Source of the DNA: an uncultured virus (IMG/VR IMGVR_UViG_3300044613_002265)
Lineage: Duplodnaviria; Heunggongvirae; Uroviricota; Caudoviricetes
Direction: 5' to 3' (one strand)
Length of the DNA: 64,000 bases
Virus record (IMG/VR): IMGVR_UViG_3300044613_002265
Made by a program: the position numbers and the translations under genes. Under the pieces are notes generated by a model, which was given only the letters and a program-made list of their open reading frames with translations, had not been told where the DNA came from and made no database searches. Every line of letters begins with the position of its first letter. Position 1 is the first letter of the stretch. Shown in pieces: positions 37,270 through 47,266 of the stretch.

Positions 37270-38238
37270 TCACAGTTGCGGGATGGTGTATGGGTATCCA
37301 GAGAAAGCGTCGCTCGGTATTTCCTTGAAGGTGCCAGCGAATGCCTTCACCGGGTAGATGCGGAACGTCAGCATGTCAGGCGGCTGGCCTGGCGGCTTCT
37401 GGACGCCGTTGCTTAGAGCCATCGGCTCGCTGGCTGGCTCGCTGCCGACGAGGATTTTTCTCCTTGCGCCTCCGACGATCTCATTGAATCCAACGTCCCA
37501 CGTCATCAAGTCCCAGCCCGTAGACTTGTACGCAAGATTGATCGTTGTGTCGTAGTACACCACTTTGATCGGCGGGTCTTCGTTGGGATTCTGGCCTGAT
37601 ATCGTCTCGAACTTGCGGCTGGCAGTGATGCTCTGCACCTTCCAAGTTTTCGGGCCGCCGCCGCTCCATGTGTCACTGTTGATCGCACCCACGTACTCCT
37701 GAGCCTTCGCGTAGTCAAACGGCGGCTTCTGATTGTACTGAATCGTGACGGCAAAAGTACCTTCATCGCGGGCGAGCCCCGAGAGCGGGTCGGACGCCGA
37801 GTTGACGATGATCGCCCGAGTATTATTGTCGCTGCCGCTGCCGCTGTAGTGCCAAAACGCCGGAGCAGAGGCTAATGAGCCAGAAAACGAGTACACATAC
37901 GGGCGACGCCACGGAATCTTTTCAGTCTCGTCGAGGTACTTGTATGTGTAAGAGACCTTATAGTGGAACGGCGAATCGCCGTCTTGCTGCGTGCTGGACT
38001 CGACAAGATAGGCGTTCGCGTCGTCGGGATACGCCGCGCGCCAGTCGATGCCTGGGGCACCGGCTACGTGCTGCATGTTTGGCTTGACCGTGTTCACGCG
38101 GACAAGAAACACGCGGCTGTACGTTGGATTGCCTTCGAGATTAGCCTGCCGAGACCGGCCACGAAAGAGTTCTCGGCAGTCGACGACATCTGGAAAGCCG
38201 ACTGTCCACGGCGGCCCAAGCGAGTTTGGTTCAGGCAT
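37270..38238 (-). CDS. Distal tail / baseplate hub-like protein
   Basis: Directly after tape measure; beta-rich and aromatic. Confidence 0.6.
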   Translation of the reverse strand: MPEPNSLGPPWTVGFPDVVDCRELFRGRSRQANLEGNPTYSRVFLVRVNTVKPNMQHVAGAPGIDWRAAYPDDANAYLVESSTQQDGDSPFHYKVSYTYKYLDETEKIPWRRPYVYSFSGSLASAPAFWHYSGSGSDNNTRAIIVNSASDPLSGLARDEGTFAVTIQYNQKPPFDYAKAQEYVGAINSDTWSGGGPKTWKVQSITASRKFETISGQNPNEDPPIKVVYYDTTINLAYKSTGWDLMTWDVGFNEIVGGARRKILVGSEPASEPMALSNGVQKPPGQPPDMLTFRIYPVKAFAGTFKEIPSDAFSGYPYTIPQL

Positions 38239-38253
38239 GGCAGTGTATCCGTA

Positions 38254-41200
38254 CTACGTGGCTGAGAGTTGAGCGATAACTGGAGCAGCGTCGGCGTTGG
38301 CGGCAGCCTCGGCGAGTTGGCGAGTGTTTCTCGCGATCTCCAACTGAGCCTTGAGGCTCGGATTGTCGTTGCCGCGAAGAATCCGGAAGAACGTGTCCAC
38401 GCCTTCTTTGCTGCGGACGTCTGAGGACTCAACGGCGCGGCGGTCGGGGGCGACCCGTTCGAGGGCTGGCTTGAGGTCTTCTTGGAGTTGGGCTTGAAGG
38501 ACTTTCTTTCGCTGGGCGCCATCTTCGTCAGAAATCAGACCCCCCTCGACCGCCCGATTTACGGCATCGAGGTCTCGCTCGAACTTCTTCACGGGGCTCT
38601 CCTCCTCGCCTCCTGGGAGCATGGAGCGACGAGCCTCGTCCTGGCCTCGCGTGAACTCCTCCTGAGAAATTAGGCCCTTATCGAACGCATCCTGAAGATT
38701 GGTGAGCCGCTCGCTGAGTTGCGTCACAGGGTCGAGCGGGATGCCCAGAGACTGGAGCAGCGCATCTTTGGCCTTTTGTGACCCCTTGGCGAACTCTTCG
38801 GCACTGATCTGGCCCTTGTTGAACGCCTCGCGGAGTTTGTTCAGCGACTCCTCGGCCGCCGCTGCTGGGCTCTTGTCGATGCCGAGCGACTGGAGCAGTT
38901 TGTCCTTCGCCTCCTTGAGGCCCTTCTGCAACTCCTCGGGCGTCAGTTCGGCGGCGTTCTCCTTGATCTTTGCTACGGCGTCCTCGAACTCCTTGGCCGG
39001 AGACTTGGTAATCCCGAGCGAGGAGAGCAGGGCGTCCTTCTGCTCTTTGACAGCCTTGTTCATCTCCTCCTCGGAGATGACCTTGTCGTTGAACGCCTTC
39101 TCTAGTTTTGCCCGAGACTCGGCGAGTTTCTCGGCACCGCTCTTCTCGACGCCCAGGTTGGCCTTCACGGCGTCAGAGTTCTTCTTGATCGCCTCTTGGT
39201 ACTCAGCGAACTTCTCTGGGCCGAGTTCCTTCTGAATCTCTGCGAGCGACTTGCCAGCGACGCCGAACACGTCATTGATGTTGTCGACGCCTGCCTTGAG
39301 TTGCTGGGCCGGGCTGGCATCGAGCCCAGCAGCCTTGCGTCGCTCGATGTCGAGTTTCGTCCGCTCGGCAGACGCCCTTGCCTCTCCGGCGGCCTGCGAA
39401 CCTTCTGCGGACATGAACGCCGTTCTTCCGTACTGATCGACGGCCGTCGCCTGGGCGAACATGCCTTCCTTTTCCCGCAGCGACTGGCCCGCCGATTTGC
39501 CGAACGTCCCCTCGACCATCTGCTGCTGCTCCACGATAGTGGCGAGCGACTTCTCCTGGGCAGTGAGCGACTTGTTGTCGGCGATCTCCTTGAGTTTCTT
39601 CTCGTACTTCTGCACCGGCGTCAGGAAGGCATCTTCCAGTGCCTTGCGGATTTCGGTGGCGAACGACACGTCGGCGTTGACCTTGCCCATGTTTTTGTCG
39701 AACTTGGACTTGGCGTCTTCCCTCGCCTGCTGCGCCGCACGCATTGCAGACTGGCCTTGTCCGAACTCGCCGCTCTGCAACGCTTCTTCGATGCGAATGA
39801 GTTCGTCTTGGTACGCCATAGCGAAGTCGCTGGCGGCCTTCTTGATCTCGGACGACGCCGGGAAGAACCTGTCGGTGTTCAGGTCGCTACCCAAGTCAGA
39901 CCCCCGCATGACGTTTCGAGTCTGAGCGAAGGCGTCCTCGACGGCCTTCCGCATGTCCTGGGCAGATTGCTGAAACTGCTCGGGGGAGATCGTGTCCGCG
40001 AGATTCAGGTTCTCTTCGAGTCTGCCGCGAATCTCCTTCGACCTTCTCTCAAAGGCCTCCAGCGCCGTCTCCTGTCGCTTCACGCCGTCTTCGTCAGTGA
40101 CGATGCGGAGTTCGAGCGTGTTGTCGGCGAGTTGCTGCTGCAACTGATCGAAGTCTGCCCTTGCAGCCATGAAGGCCTTGTTTCCGGCCTCGCCGAACTT
40201 GGCGGCGTTCAGCGACAAGCCGATCATGTCACCGCGAGCGCGAGACACGGACGCAGACAGGGCGTCGTAGTCCTCGGTCGGCAACTCCGGAGTCTTCCCG
40301 GTGAAGCCAGCCGCCGACGCCTCGGTCTGGTAGGTCGCCATTTGCTGATCCTGGCGAGACTTCACAATGTCGCCGACAGACGCACTGGCCGCGCTGATCT
40401 TCTCCGGAGTTTTGATGCCGTTGATCGCCTTGATGATGCCGCCAATGATGCCGCCAAAGAATCCGCTGACCCATCCTGCCAACGACTTGAACGCGCCCTT
40501 GATGGCATCCACGACGGCCGTAGCCGCCTCGCCCAGTCCTTCGAGCGTAAAGAGCCTCGCGGCGTTGTTTCCGAAGTCGGCGAAGTAGGCATAGAGATTG
40601 TCGAAGTTCTGAATGACGGCGATGATCGCCACGGCAATCGCGGCGAGGCCTAGCGTGCCGATGACCCACGCAGCCGCCATGGCGTATCCGGCCGCCGCTG
40701 AGGCCACGGCGATCGCAGAGTTGCCCGTGATGATTGTTGCTACAGACGTCATAAACGGCGCCAGCAGGCCAGCGATCGTCGAAGTCCCCATGAGAATCAT
40801 GCTCGCGACCCATCGCGACGATGCAGCGACGATGTCGAATGTCAGCATGCGAACCAACTTGAGAATGCCGCCGAAGATCGTCGCGAAGTTGAGTTTCAGG
40901 AGACCAGCCGCGAACTTCGCCAGCGCTGCTCCGGCCTGAACGCCGAACGCCTGCATGACGGCCGATCCAACGCCAGCCGAGATGATCACGGCCGTGAATG
41001 TCTTGACCGCAAACGCCAGGCGATCAAACATGCTCGCCGACTCGTCGATCGTCGGATTGAGTTGCGAAGAGAAAGCCGACGCGATGTTCTGCGCGAAGTT
41101 GACGCCCTGCTCGATGTAACTGAGCGCCTCCTTGATGACGCTCCCCAGCGCTGTCCATGCTGGGGCGATCGCCGTTGCCTGAAGCAGGGCCGTCGCAAAA

Positions 41201-42900
41201 GTTCCGGCGACGCCGATCATGCGAAGCAGGATGTTCATCACGCGGCCGACGACCTCAAGGAAAACTTGAATCGGCACCGTCGCGGCGGCCATGAGAGTGC
41301 GGACGGGCCCAAGGGCGGCAGCCAGCCCGCCCTGGAGGTCGGCGAGGAAGTTGTTGATGCCAGCCTGGAGCGGAGCAAACGCGACCATCATGGTCTGCGA
41401 CAGGTTGCCGCTGGCTTGCTTCAGTCGGTCAAACGACGCATCGACGCCCTCGAACATCTTGAAGTCGATGTCTTTGGTCACGGTGCCGAGTCTTGCGGCG
41501 TCAGCGGCTGCTTCCTTCAGGCCTCGCAATGCAGGCAGGACATTGACAGCCTGCTTACCAAAGAGGTCGAAAGCGATCGCCGCCCTGTCTGCCGGGTCTT
41601 TGACGGCCAGGAGTTCTTCCGAGACAAGCCCGAACACTTCCTGCGGGTTCTTGTTTCTCAGTTCATCAATGGAGACGCCGAGCCTGTCGAAGGCGAACTT
41701 GGCCTCTTGAACAGAGTCGACATTGAGTTGCCCGATCTTGACCTTGCTGACGTTGGTGTAGAAAGACTGCGAAGCCTTAGCAAGTTGGCTCATGCTCACA
41801 CCGGCAGACTCAGCCGCGAACGTCAGCACCTCCATCTCGCCGGTTGTTGCACCGAAACGCTCGGCCATGTTGCGGATGGACTCGGCCTTGGCGCCGATTG
41901 AATCGAGGGCGGACGCATACTTGCCTGAAGCCACCGTCGCAAGGCTGAACAGGGTGACGATCTGCCCCATGCGGCTGGCAATGGAGGACGCTGCCTGCTT
42001 CGCGACAGATGAGATTCCCTCCATAGCCCTCGCTAGAAGCGAAGCAGACGCAGACGCAGACGTTATCGAGCCAGAGAGGATTGAGAAGGTTGCTGCTGCT
42101 GCCCCTGCCGCTGCGGCAGAGGACACAATTCCTGCCGCAACCGCCGCCCACTCAGTAACAAATGCGCGAGACTCTTCTGACAGCCCAGACGCGGCGACCC
42201 TGACCAGGGCGAGAACGCCACGGAACACTACAGTCCGAACGACGGCAGCGGCCACCGCAGCGCCGAACGCGGCAATGACAGCCGCCGACGATGCGACGCT
42301 GCCAGCGAACGCCGCTAAGACTGTTCCTGTGCCGCCAACGTACTGAAGGAAAACCCCGGCCTCGTCGGCCAGTGAGTTTGTCAACTCCCTGACGCTTGCC
42401 GACGCGGCGCTTAGTCTCGCCATGGAGGAAACAAGCCCGTCTACGGAAAGCCTCGTTCCGTCGAGGAGATTCCCCAGGCCAGTTGCAGCAGACCCGACCG
42501 TCTTGAACGCAGTCGCGGCTTTTGCTCCGAACGCAGCGAAGCCGTCCGACATGCCCTTCGCCTCTTCGCGAAACGCGAGGCTCAACTGGTCTCCGATGGC
42601 GCTGCTCGACTCAAGGCTCTTTATCAAGTCTTCTGTGTCGGCAGAAACCTTGACTTTTGCGTTCTTCGACTCGGCGTTGCTCTTGAGGTCGTCTACATCT
42701 TTCGATGCTTTCTTGATCTCGTCCGTGTCGGCCTTCGTCTTGACAGTAATCGTCTTCTCGGCGACAGAATCAAGTTTCTCCGATATATCTTCGACGGCCT
42801 CGGTCAGGTCGTCGAAAAGGTCTAAGACCTTTTCGATGCCCGATTCGAGATCGCTCAGGTTCGCCGTAAACGCAACAGACAAACTGCCGATCGTAGCCAT
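38254..42900 (-). CDS. Tail tape measure protein
   Basis: MATIGSLSVAFTANLS N-terminus; Ala-rich helical; hydrophobic middle; follows the tail assembly chaperone. Confidence 0.92.
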   Translation of the reverse strand: MATIGSLSVAFTANLSDLESGIEKVLDLFDDLTEAVEDISEKLDSVAEKTITVKTKADTDEIKKASKDVDDLKSNAESKNAKVKVSADTEDLIKSLESSSAIGDQLSLAFREEAKGMSDGFAAFGAKAATAFKTVGSAATGLGNLLDGTRLSVDGLVSSMARLSAASASVRELTNSLADEAGVFLQYVGGTGTVLAAFAGSVASSAAVIAAFGAAVAAAVVRTVVFRGVLALVRVAASGLSEESRAFVTEWAAVAAGIVSSAAAAGAAAATFSILSGSITSASASASLLARAMEGISSVAKQAASSIASRMGQIVTLFSLATVASGKYASALDSIGAKAESIRNMAERFGATTGEMEVLTFAAESAGVSMSQLAKASQSFYTNVSKVKIGQLNVDSVQEAKFAFDRLGVSIDELRNKNPQEVFGLVSEELLAVKDPADRAAIAFDLFGKQAVNVLPALRGLKEAAADAARLGTVTKDIDFKMFEGVDASFDRLKQASGNLSQTMMVAFAPLQAGINNFLADLQGGLAAALGPVRTLMAAATVPIQVFLEVVGRVMNILLRMIGVAGTFATALLQATAIAPAWTALGSVIKEALSYIEQGVNFAQNIASAFSSQLNPTIDESASMFDRLAFAVKTFTAVIISAGVGSAVMQAFGVQAGAALAKFAAGLLKLNFATIFGGILKLVRMLTFDIVAASSRWVASMILMGTSTIAGLLAPFMTSVATIITGNSAIAVASAAAGYAMAAAWVIGTLGLAAIAVAIIAVIQNFDNLYAYFADFGNNAARLFTLEGLGEAATAVVDAIKGAFKSLAGWVSGFFGGIIGGIIKAINGIKTPEKISAASASVGDIVKSRQDQQMATYQTEASAAGFTGKTPELPTEDYDALSASVSRARGDMIGLSLNAAKFGEAGNKAFMAARADFDQLQQQLADNTLELRIVTDEDGVKRQETALEAFERRSKEIRGRLEENLNLADTISPEQFQQSAQDMRKAVEDAFAQTRNVMRGSDLGSDLNTDRFFPASSEIKKAASDFAMAYQDELIRIEEALQSGEFGQGQSAMRAAQQAREDAKSKFDKNMGKVNADVSFATEIRKALEDAFLTPVQKYEKKLKEIADNKSLTAQEKSLATIVEQQQMVEGTFGKSAGQSLREKEGMFAQATAVDQYGRTAFMSAEGSQAAGEARASAERTKLDIERRKAAGLDASPAQQLKAGVDNINDVFGVAGKSLAEIQKELGPEKFAEYQEAIKKNSDAVKANLGVEKSGAEKLAESRAKLEKAFNDKVISEEEMNKAVKEQKDALLSSLGITKSPAKEFEDAVAKIKENAAELTPEELQKGLKEAKDKLLQSLGIDKSPAAAAEESLNKLREAFNKGQISAEEFAKGSQKAKDALLQSLGIPLDPVTQLSERLTNLQDAFDKGLISQEEFTRGQDEARRSMLPGGEEESPVKKFERDLDAVNRAVEGGLISDEDGAQRKKVLQAQLQEDLKPALERVAPDRRAVESSDVRSKEGVDTFFRILRGNDNPSLKAQLEIARNTRQLAEAAANADAAPVIAQLSAT

Positions 42901-42902
42901 GG

Positions 42903-43217
42903 TCAGCCCCTCGCACCGTTAGCGGCGGCCAACTTCCACAGTTCACCGAGCATCTCGTCGGTGGTCTGCTGGCGTTTACGGTGGCTGGGCATCAGCATCT
43001 CTTCCTCCAGACGCTTACAGCCCCAGGCAGTGCATAGAGCCGTGGCGAGACGAGCGGTCCTTCGCCACTCGTCTCCCCATGGTTCTATTGTCCAATATGC
43101 CTCCCATTCTGCGAGTTCGGCCGCATCGACCGACGCGAGAAGTTCGGCGTGAGACCGTCCGAGCGCGAGGGCGAGCCTGAACTCGAAGAGCCTGCGGGGA
43201 CGGTCTAGGAGTTTTTT
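42903..43217 (-). CDS. Tail assembly chaperone, -1 frameshift extension (gpT-like, DUF4035-like)
   Basis: KLLDRPRRLFEFRLALALGRS...ELAEWEAY...PWGDEW; reached via A AAA AAC. Confidence 0.8.
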   Translation of the reverse strand, partial: KKLLDRPRRLFEFRLALALGRSHAELLASVDAAELAEWEAYWTIEPWGDEWRRTARLATALCTAWGCKRLEEEMLMPSHRKRQQTTDEMLGELWKLAAANGARG

Positions 43218-43549
43218 GCGAGGTCGTCCACGTCCTCTTTCGAGAACCTGTTCAACTTCATGCACTCAGCGAAGAGCCGGTCGAGGACCGCAGCGGACTT
43301 CTCGCCCAACTGGGGAATCTCGGTCTCGGTGAAGAGCCGCTCGCCCTTCTCGTCGCACAGGCACTTGGCGACCAACTTCGCCCGCACCATGTCGACGCTC
43401 TTGTTGCCGTTGACGAACTCGGACTCGAACCGATCTCGCTCGGTGCCAGTCATCACTCGGAGTTTGACCGCGCCGCCCCACTCGGGGACGTCGTGATCGA
43501 CCATCTTCTTGTCGTCCGCAGCGATGATCGCCGCCTTGCTCAGAGCCAT
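43205..43549 (-). CDS. Tail assembly chaperone (gpG-like)
   Basis: VPEWGGAVKLRVMTGTERDRFE...CDEKGERLF...AKNS. Confidence 0.88.
   Translation of the reverse strand: MALSKAAIIAADDKKMVDHDVPEWGGAVKLRVMTGTERDRFESEFVNGNKSVDMVRAKLVAKCLCDEKGERLFTETEIPQLGEKSAAVLDRLFAECMKLNRFSKEDVDDLAKNS
43211..43217 (-). promoter_or_regulatory. Programmed -1 ribosomal frameshift slippery site AAAAAAC
   Basis: GCA AAA AAC TCC TAG at the end of the chaperone gene; -1 frame is open to 42903. Confidence 0.8.
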
Positions 43550-43585
43550 CTATCTACCTCATCTTCCTGTTGAAAACGACGGGCA

Positions 43586-44014
43586 TCACATGCCCGTGAC
43601 GCGAAACGTAGCCGAACCCTTCACATACTCCCCGGTGGTCGCACCCAACTGCATCTGAGTCAGGATTGCCGTTTTCTGAATAGAAAGACCTACGCCCGTT
43701 CCAAGTTCGTTGGACGGAAGTTTGAACGTGAACGCACGCTTAGACCCAACGACGTCGAAGTAGTTCGTCGCCGTGAAGTCCGGTGATGCGTAAAACTCGA
43801 TCGAAAAGTCGCTGCCGTACCTCGCCGACACGGCCGAGTCGTAGTCGGGCACGATCATCTTTCGATTGCTGTTCGCTGGGTCGCTGACAACCTCGGAAGA
43901 CATCGACGTGATGTCGATCTCGCTTCCTGCGTTGGCAGCAACTTGCAGCGATGAAATCTGGAAGGTGAACGTGCCCCACGTAAACGTGGCGTTGTGTGCC
44001 GATACGTACGGCAT
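43586..44014 (-). CDS. Tail-tube-like protein 2
   Basis: EIDITSM...FSIEFY...GEYVKGSATFRVTG. Confidence 0.65.
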   Translation of the reverse strand: MPYVSAHNATFTWGTFTFQISSLQVAANAGSEIDITSMSSEVVSDPANSNRKMIVPDYDSAVSARYGSDFSIEFYASPDFTATNYFDVVGSKRAFTFKLPSNELGTGVGLSIQKTAILTQMQLGATTGEYVKGSATFRVTGM

Positions 44015-44018
44015 GCGA

Positions 44019-44390
44019 TCAAGTCAGCGTGATTCGGAGCGTCGCGGAGCCCTTGATCAGTTCGCCAGCCGCAGCCTGCAACTGCGACGACGTGCAGAGG
44101 GCAACGGTCGGAAGAGCCGAGATCAGCGCCGAGTTGGAGCCCGAGTTGTCCATCGACCAGGCGAGAACTCCGGTCGCGGTCATCTGCGGGAAGTCCATGC
44201 CGAAGAACTCGATCGACAGTTCGTCGCCGTCGCGGACAGGCGCGGGGCGGTACGAACGAAACGAACCGTGTGGCGTCTTCAAGTCAGTGACGTCGACCTC
44301 GGAGACCTTCTTGTTGAACGAGATGCTCGTGAGCAGAAACGTCTTGCCGCTGAAAACGAACGACAAGCCCTGTGCGGATTCGTAAGCCAT
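44019..44390 (-). CDS. Tail-tube-like protein 1
   Basis: EVDVTDL...LSIEFF...GELIKGSATLRIT. Confidence 0.65.
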   Translation of the reverse strand: MAYESAQGLSFVFSGKTFLLTSISFNKKVSEVDVTDLKTPHGSFRSYRPAPVRDGDELSIEFFGMDFPQMTATGVLAWSMDNSGSNSALISALPTVALCTSSQLQAAAGELIKGSATLRITLT

Positions 44391-44393
44391 GTT

Positions 44394-44801
44394 TTACGCC
44401 CCTCCTTGGACGTTTTCGTGATACCGAACTTCGTAAACTTGATCGACGCGATACAGCGGCTTCGCCTGACCTTCGGGGGGACGTTCCATGTTGTCCGCCT
44501 CGGACACGAGCGAGGTAAATACAATTGTCAGCCCGGAGTAGTCGCCCGTAAAGTTGTCGACGTTGAGCCGAATCGCCTCGGCGATTTCCTTGGCCTGGCT
44601 GTAAGTCTCGGCCACGATCGAGACCGAGAACGTGGCAATCGGCCTGCCGACGTTGCCTCCCATGTTTCGCTCCCGGCGAGTGCCGGTCCTGCGGTACACG
44701 ACCAGCGGGAATGGGGCGTTCTGAGGGGCGAGAATCGGATGGATGCCAGCCGCCGTCGCCTCGTCCAACTTGGATCGGAGCCACTTTTCAGGATAGGCCA
44801 C
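44394..44801 (-). CDS. Tail completion/terminator protein (DUF3168-like)
   Basis: IHPILAPQNAPFPLVVYRR...AETYSQAKEIAEAIR. Confidence 0.8.
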   Translation of the reverse strand: MAYPEKWLRSKLDEATAAGIHPILAPQNAPFPLVVYRRTGTRRERNMGGNVGRPIATFSVSIVAETYSQAKEIAEAIRLNVDNFTGDYSGLTIVFTSLVSEADNMERPPEGQAKPLYRVDQVYEVRYHENVQGGA

Positions 44802-45201
44802 GGCTCAACTCCTCGGCGAAACGCGACTCCATGTACACCGATCCCTCGGAGGCGTAGGCGTCGAATGTCTCCTGAAGCACGGCTTCGAGTTCCGACGGCC
44901 TGACCCAGTTCCGAGCCAAGACAGACTTGCTCCGCTTCTTGGGCTTGATCACGCTGTCCAGGCTGGCCTCTCCGGCGGTCTCCACTCCGGCCTCGTACCC
45001 AACCTCGCCCTGCTCGCCGTCGGCCGAATAGATCACCGAGTCCCGCAGTTTGCCGCTGTAGCCCTTGGGGGTCGCCGCGCGGAGTCTCGCCGAGAACTGC
45101 TGGGCGACGTCCTCGAAGACGGCTTGGCGGTCGATGGACGTGGGGATTTTGCGGATGGACTCCAGAAGTTCGTCCAGGCCCTGAAGTTCGACGGAAATCA
45201 C
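44788..45201 (-). CDS. HK97 gp10-like neck protein
   Basis: GLDELLESI...ATPKGYSGKLRDSV. Confidence 0.65.
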   Translation of the reverse strand: MISVELQGLDELLESIRKIPTSIDRQAVFEDVAQQFSARLRAATPKGYSGKLRDSVIYSADGEQGEVGYEAGVETAGEASLDSVIKPKKRSKSVLARNWVRPSELEAVLQETFDAYASEGSVYMESRFAEELSRGLS

Positions 45202-45533
45202 GAGACTTGCTCCTTGCAAACAAGCCTCTGGCCTTCCCGGCTGGTGTCCTCGGTTATCTGAATGACGTCCAGAGTCCTGGCCGGGGTCCGGCTTCTCCAG
45301 ATCAGCCGCATGCCAGCCTGGAGCCCAGGCACGTACCGGAACTCGACCTCGTGCGTGGCGACCGTGTAGGGCCCCTGAGCGCTCATCACTTCGTCGACCC
45401 GCAGGCCGCGAATCGCTGCCCGTCGGGTGGCGAAGTCAGACCACGTCAGCGTGGCCTCGCCGTAGTCGTTGGTCTGCTCGGTCGCAACTTGAACCGTGAC
45501 AGCCTCGCGAAGATCGCCAGCACGAATAGGCAT
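45198..45533 (-). CDS. Head closure / head-tail adaptor (SPP1 gp16-like)
   Basis: AGDLREAVTVQ...DYGE...W...RYVPGLQAGMRL. Confidence 0.85.
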   Translation of the reverse strand: MPIRAGDLREAVTVQVATEQTNDYGEATLTWSDFATRRAAIRGLRVDEVMSAQGPYTVATHEVEFRYVPGLQAGMRLIWRSRTPARTLDVIQITEDTSREGQRLVCKEQVS

Positions 45534-45534
45534 G

Positions 45535-46161
45535 TCAGCGGTACTGCCCCCAGTTGATCGCCCCGAGCAGCACCTCGACGGCCATGGGCACTGGATTCAT
45601 GCCGCCCTGGACGACGGCCTCTCGGTTGGCGTACCACGAGGCCGCGAGCATGAGAACGCAGTGGCGGGCGGGCGTAGGCACGTCCAGCGAAGACGGGCCG
45701 TAGCCAGCCCAGTAAGTGATCATCACGTCGTTCTCGGCGCCTCTTGCCGACGGCCACGAGCCGTTCCACTGCGGCCGGATGACGGCGGGAGTGGAGTCGC
45801 TGTCGACGCGGAAGTTGGTGAACGAGACTGGCAAGTAAACGGCGTCCGACGGAATGTAGGAGACCGTCACGTCGCCGACACCGATGGGAGGCCTGGGGAG
45901 TTCAATGTCCCACGACGGGAACACGTCCATCTTCATCTGCCACTGAGACCGGATCAGAGTCCGGTCGCTCACGGTCTCGACATGGATGCGAGCCGCCGAG
46001 ATCAGCGTTTGCAAGTAGAGATCGTCGTCAGTGAAGTCGGCGTCGATCCGGAGGTGGGCCTTCGCCTCTCCGATCGAGACCGGCTCAATCGCCGGTTCGG
46101 TGATCCGCCGCAGCGAGCGATACCGGAGATTACCGCGATGGACGACCTCGTAGTACTTCAT
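45535..46161 (-). CDS. Head-tail connector (phiE125 gp8 / gp6-like)
   Basis: EPVSIGEAKAHLRID...AARIHVE...AGYG...WYANREAV. Confidence 0.9.
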   Translation of the reverse strand: MKYYEVVHRGNLRYRSLRRITEPAIEPVSIGEAKAHLRIDADFTDDDLYLQTLISAARIHVETVSDRTLIRSQWQMKMDVFPSWDIELPRPPIGVGDVTVSYIPSDAVYLPVSFTNFRVDSDSTPAVIRPQWNGSWPSARGAENDVMITYWAGYGPSSLDVPTPARHCVLMLAASWYANREAVVQGGMNPVPMAVEVLLGAINWGQYR

Positions 46162-46367
46162 GGCTGCTTCCGTGGCTTGCGGCCAACGACTGCCCGCTCC
46201 ACGGCCTCGACGGGCTGCTCAACAGCCTGCTCGATGTCGATGGACCGCGACTCGGCAAAAGCCTCGGCGATGCCATTGAGAAGCCAGTTGCGAGCCGTGG
46301 GCTCGAAGACTTCGGCGACCTCGCCCTGCTTGTGGTACGACCAATCTCGGAGGAGTCGAACTCTCAT
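46158..46367 (-). CDS. Small head-associated protein
   Basis: MRVRLLRDW...GEVAEV...ARNWLLNGIAE. Confidence 0.65.
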   Translation of the reverse strand: MRVRLLRDWSYHKQGEVAEVFEPTARNWLLNGIAEAFAESRSIDIEQAVEQPVEAVERAVVGRKPRKQP

Positions 46368-46369
46368 CG

Positions 46370-47155
46370 CTATCGTGCCTCACACTTCGCTGCATGCTCA
46401 GGAGAACCCCACGCCTCCGGTGGTCGCCGCCCGCCTGCTTGCCAGTAGTGATTCGGGTACTGATGAATCGCCTTCAGTTGCTGATCCGGCCAAGTGATCA
46501 CGAGTTCCGCGTGGCCGATCGAGACTTGCGGGCAGACCGCCAGCGTGTTGCCGCACTCTCGCCACTTGCGCCACATGTAGATGTCTGGGTCGACCCTCGC
46601 GGTTTTTCCGTCGCCGGGCTCGACGTCGCCCCAGTCGCCGTCGGAGTTTGGGACGCCCAGGAACCAGGGCTTCGGCATCCGGCGAAGGGCTGACGTCCGC
46701 AGCACCGTCAGGCCAAAGTGAGCCGTGTCCACGGGCTGGACGGGCTTCTCCCACCACTCCATCGGCAGTGTGACCTTGCTGTCGTGGTCGCCAGACAAGC
46801 CCTTGGGCGTGAACATCAACTTCTGGTCGTCACGCTTGGTCTGGAGCGGCGCCACTGCGTCGTAGCCGGAGATCATGCACGCCGAGACGAGACGCGATAT
46901 GCACTCTGGTTCATATACGCTGTCGTAGTCCATGGTGATAACGAAGTCATATCCCGAATCTTCACGACTCAAGTCCGTGAGGATGCGAGACATGACTTGA
47001 TCCCAGAACGCGCCAGTTCCCTTTGTTAGAGGGATGCCGAATTGGGAGAAGGCCTGTATGGAGCAATAGTAATTGTCCATAAAGCCTAATCGCGGGACCG
47101 AGATGGCTCCCGCGATTTGGACATCATGCTCTACGTTACCGACGATGACTCGCAT
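46370..47155 (-). CDS. GT-A fold glycosyltransferase-like protein
   Basis: DFVITMDYDSVY (DxD), HFGLTVLR...KPWF...DPDIYMWRKWRECG...IGH. Confidence 0.7.
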   Translation of the reverse strand: MRVIVGNVEHDVQIAGAISVPRLGFMDNYYCSIQAFSQFGIPLTKGTGAFWDQVMSRILTDLSREDSGYDFVITMDYDSVYEPECISRLVSACMISGYDAVAPLQTKRDDQKLMFTPKGLSGDHDSKVTLPMEWWEKPVQPVDTAHFGLTVLRTSALRRMPKPWFLGVPNSDGDWGDVEPGDGKTARVDPDIYMWRKWRECGNTLAVCPQVSIGHAELVITWPDQQLKAIHQYPNHYWQAGGRRPPEAWGSPEHAAKCEAR

Positions 47156-47187
47156 TTATCCCAAGCCTCTTGATGGAGTACACGAAG

Positions 47188-47239
47188 AGGCGGCTTGGGC
47201 ATCCGTGCCCAGTCAAAACCATCCGTGGATGAGCCGCCT
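47188..47239 (-). promoter_or_regulatory. Structured intergenic RNA with two CACGGAUG elements (CsrA/RsmA-like sites)
   Basis: AGGCGGCU [CAUCCACGGAUG] guuuugac [UGGGCACGGAUGCCCA] AGCCGCCU. Confidence 0.55.
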
Positions 47240-47266
47240 GTTGTTGGCTCCCCCCCGAAACTTGTT

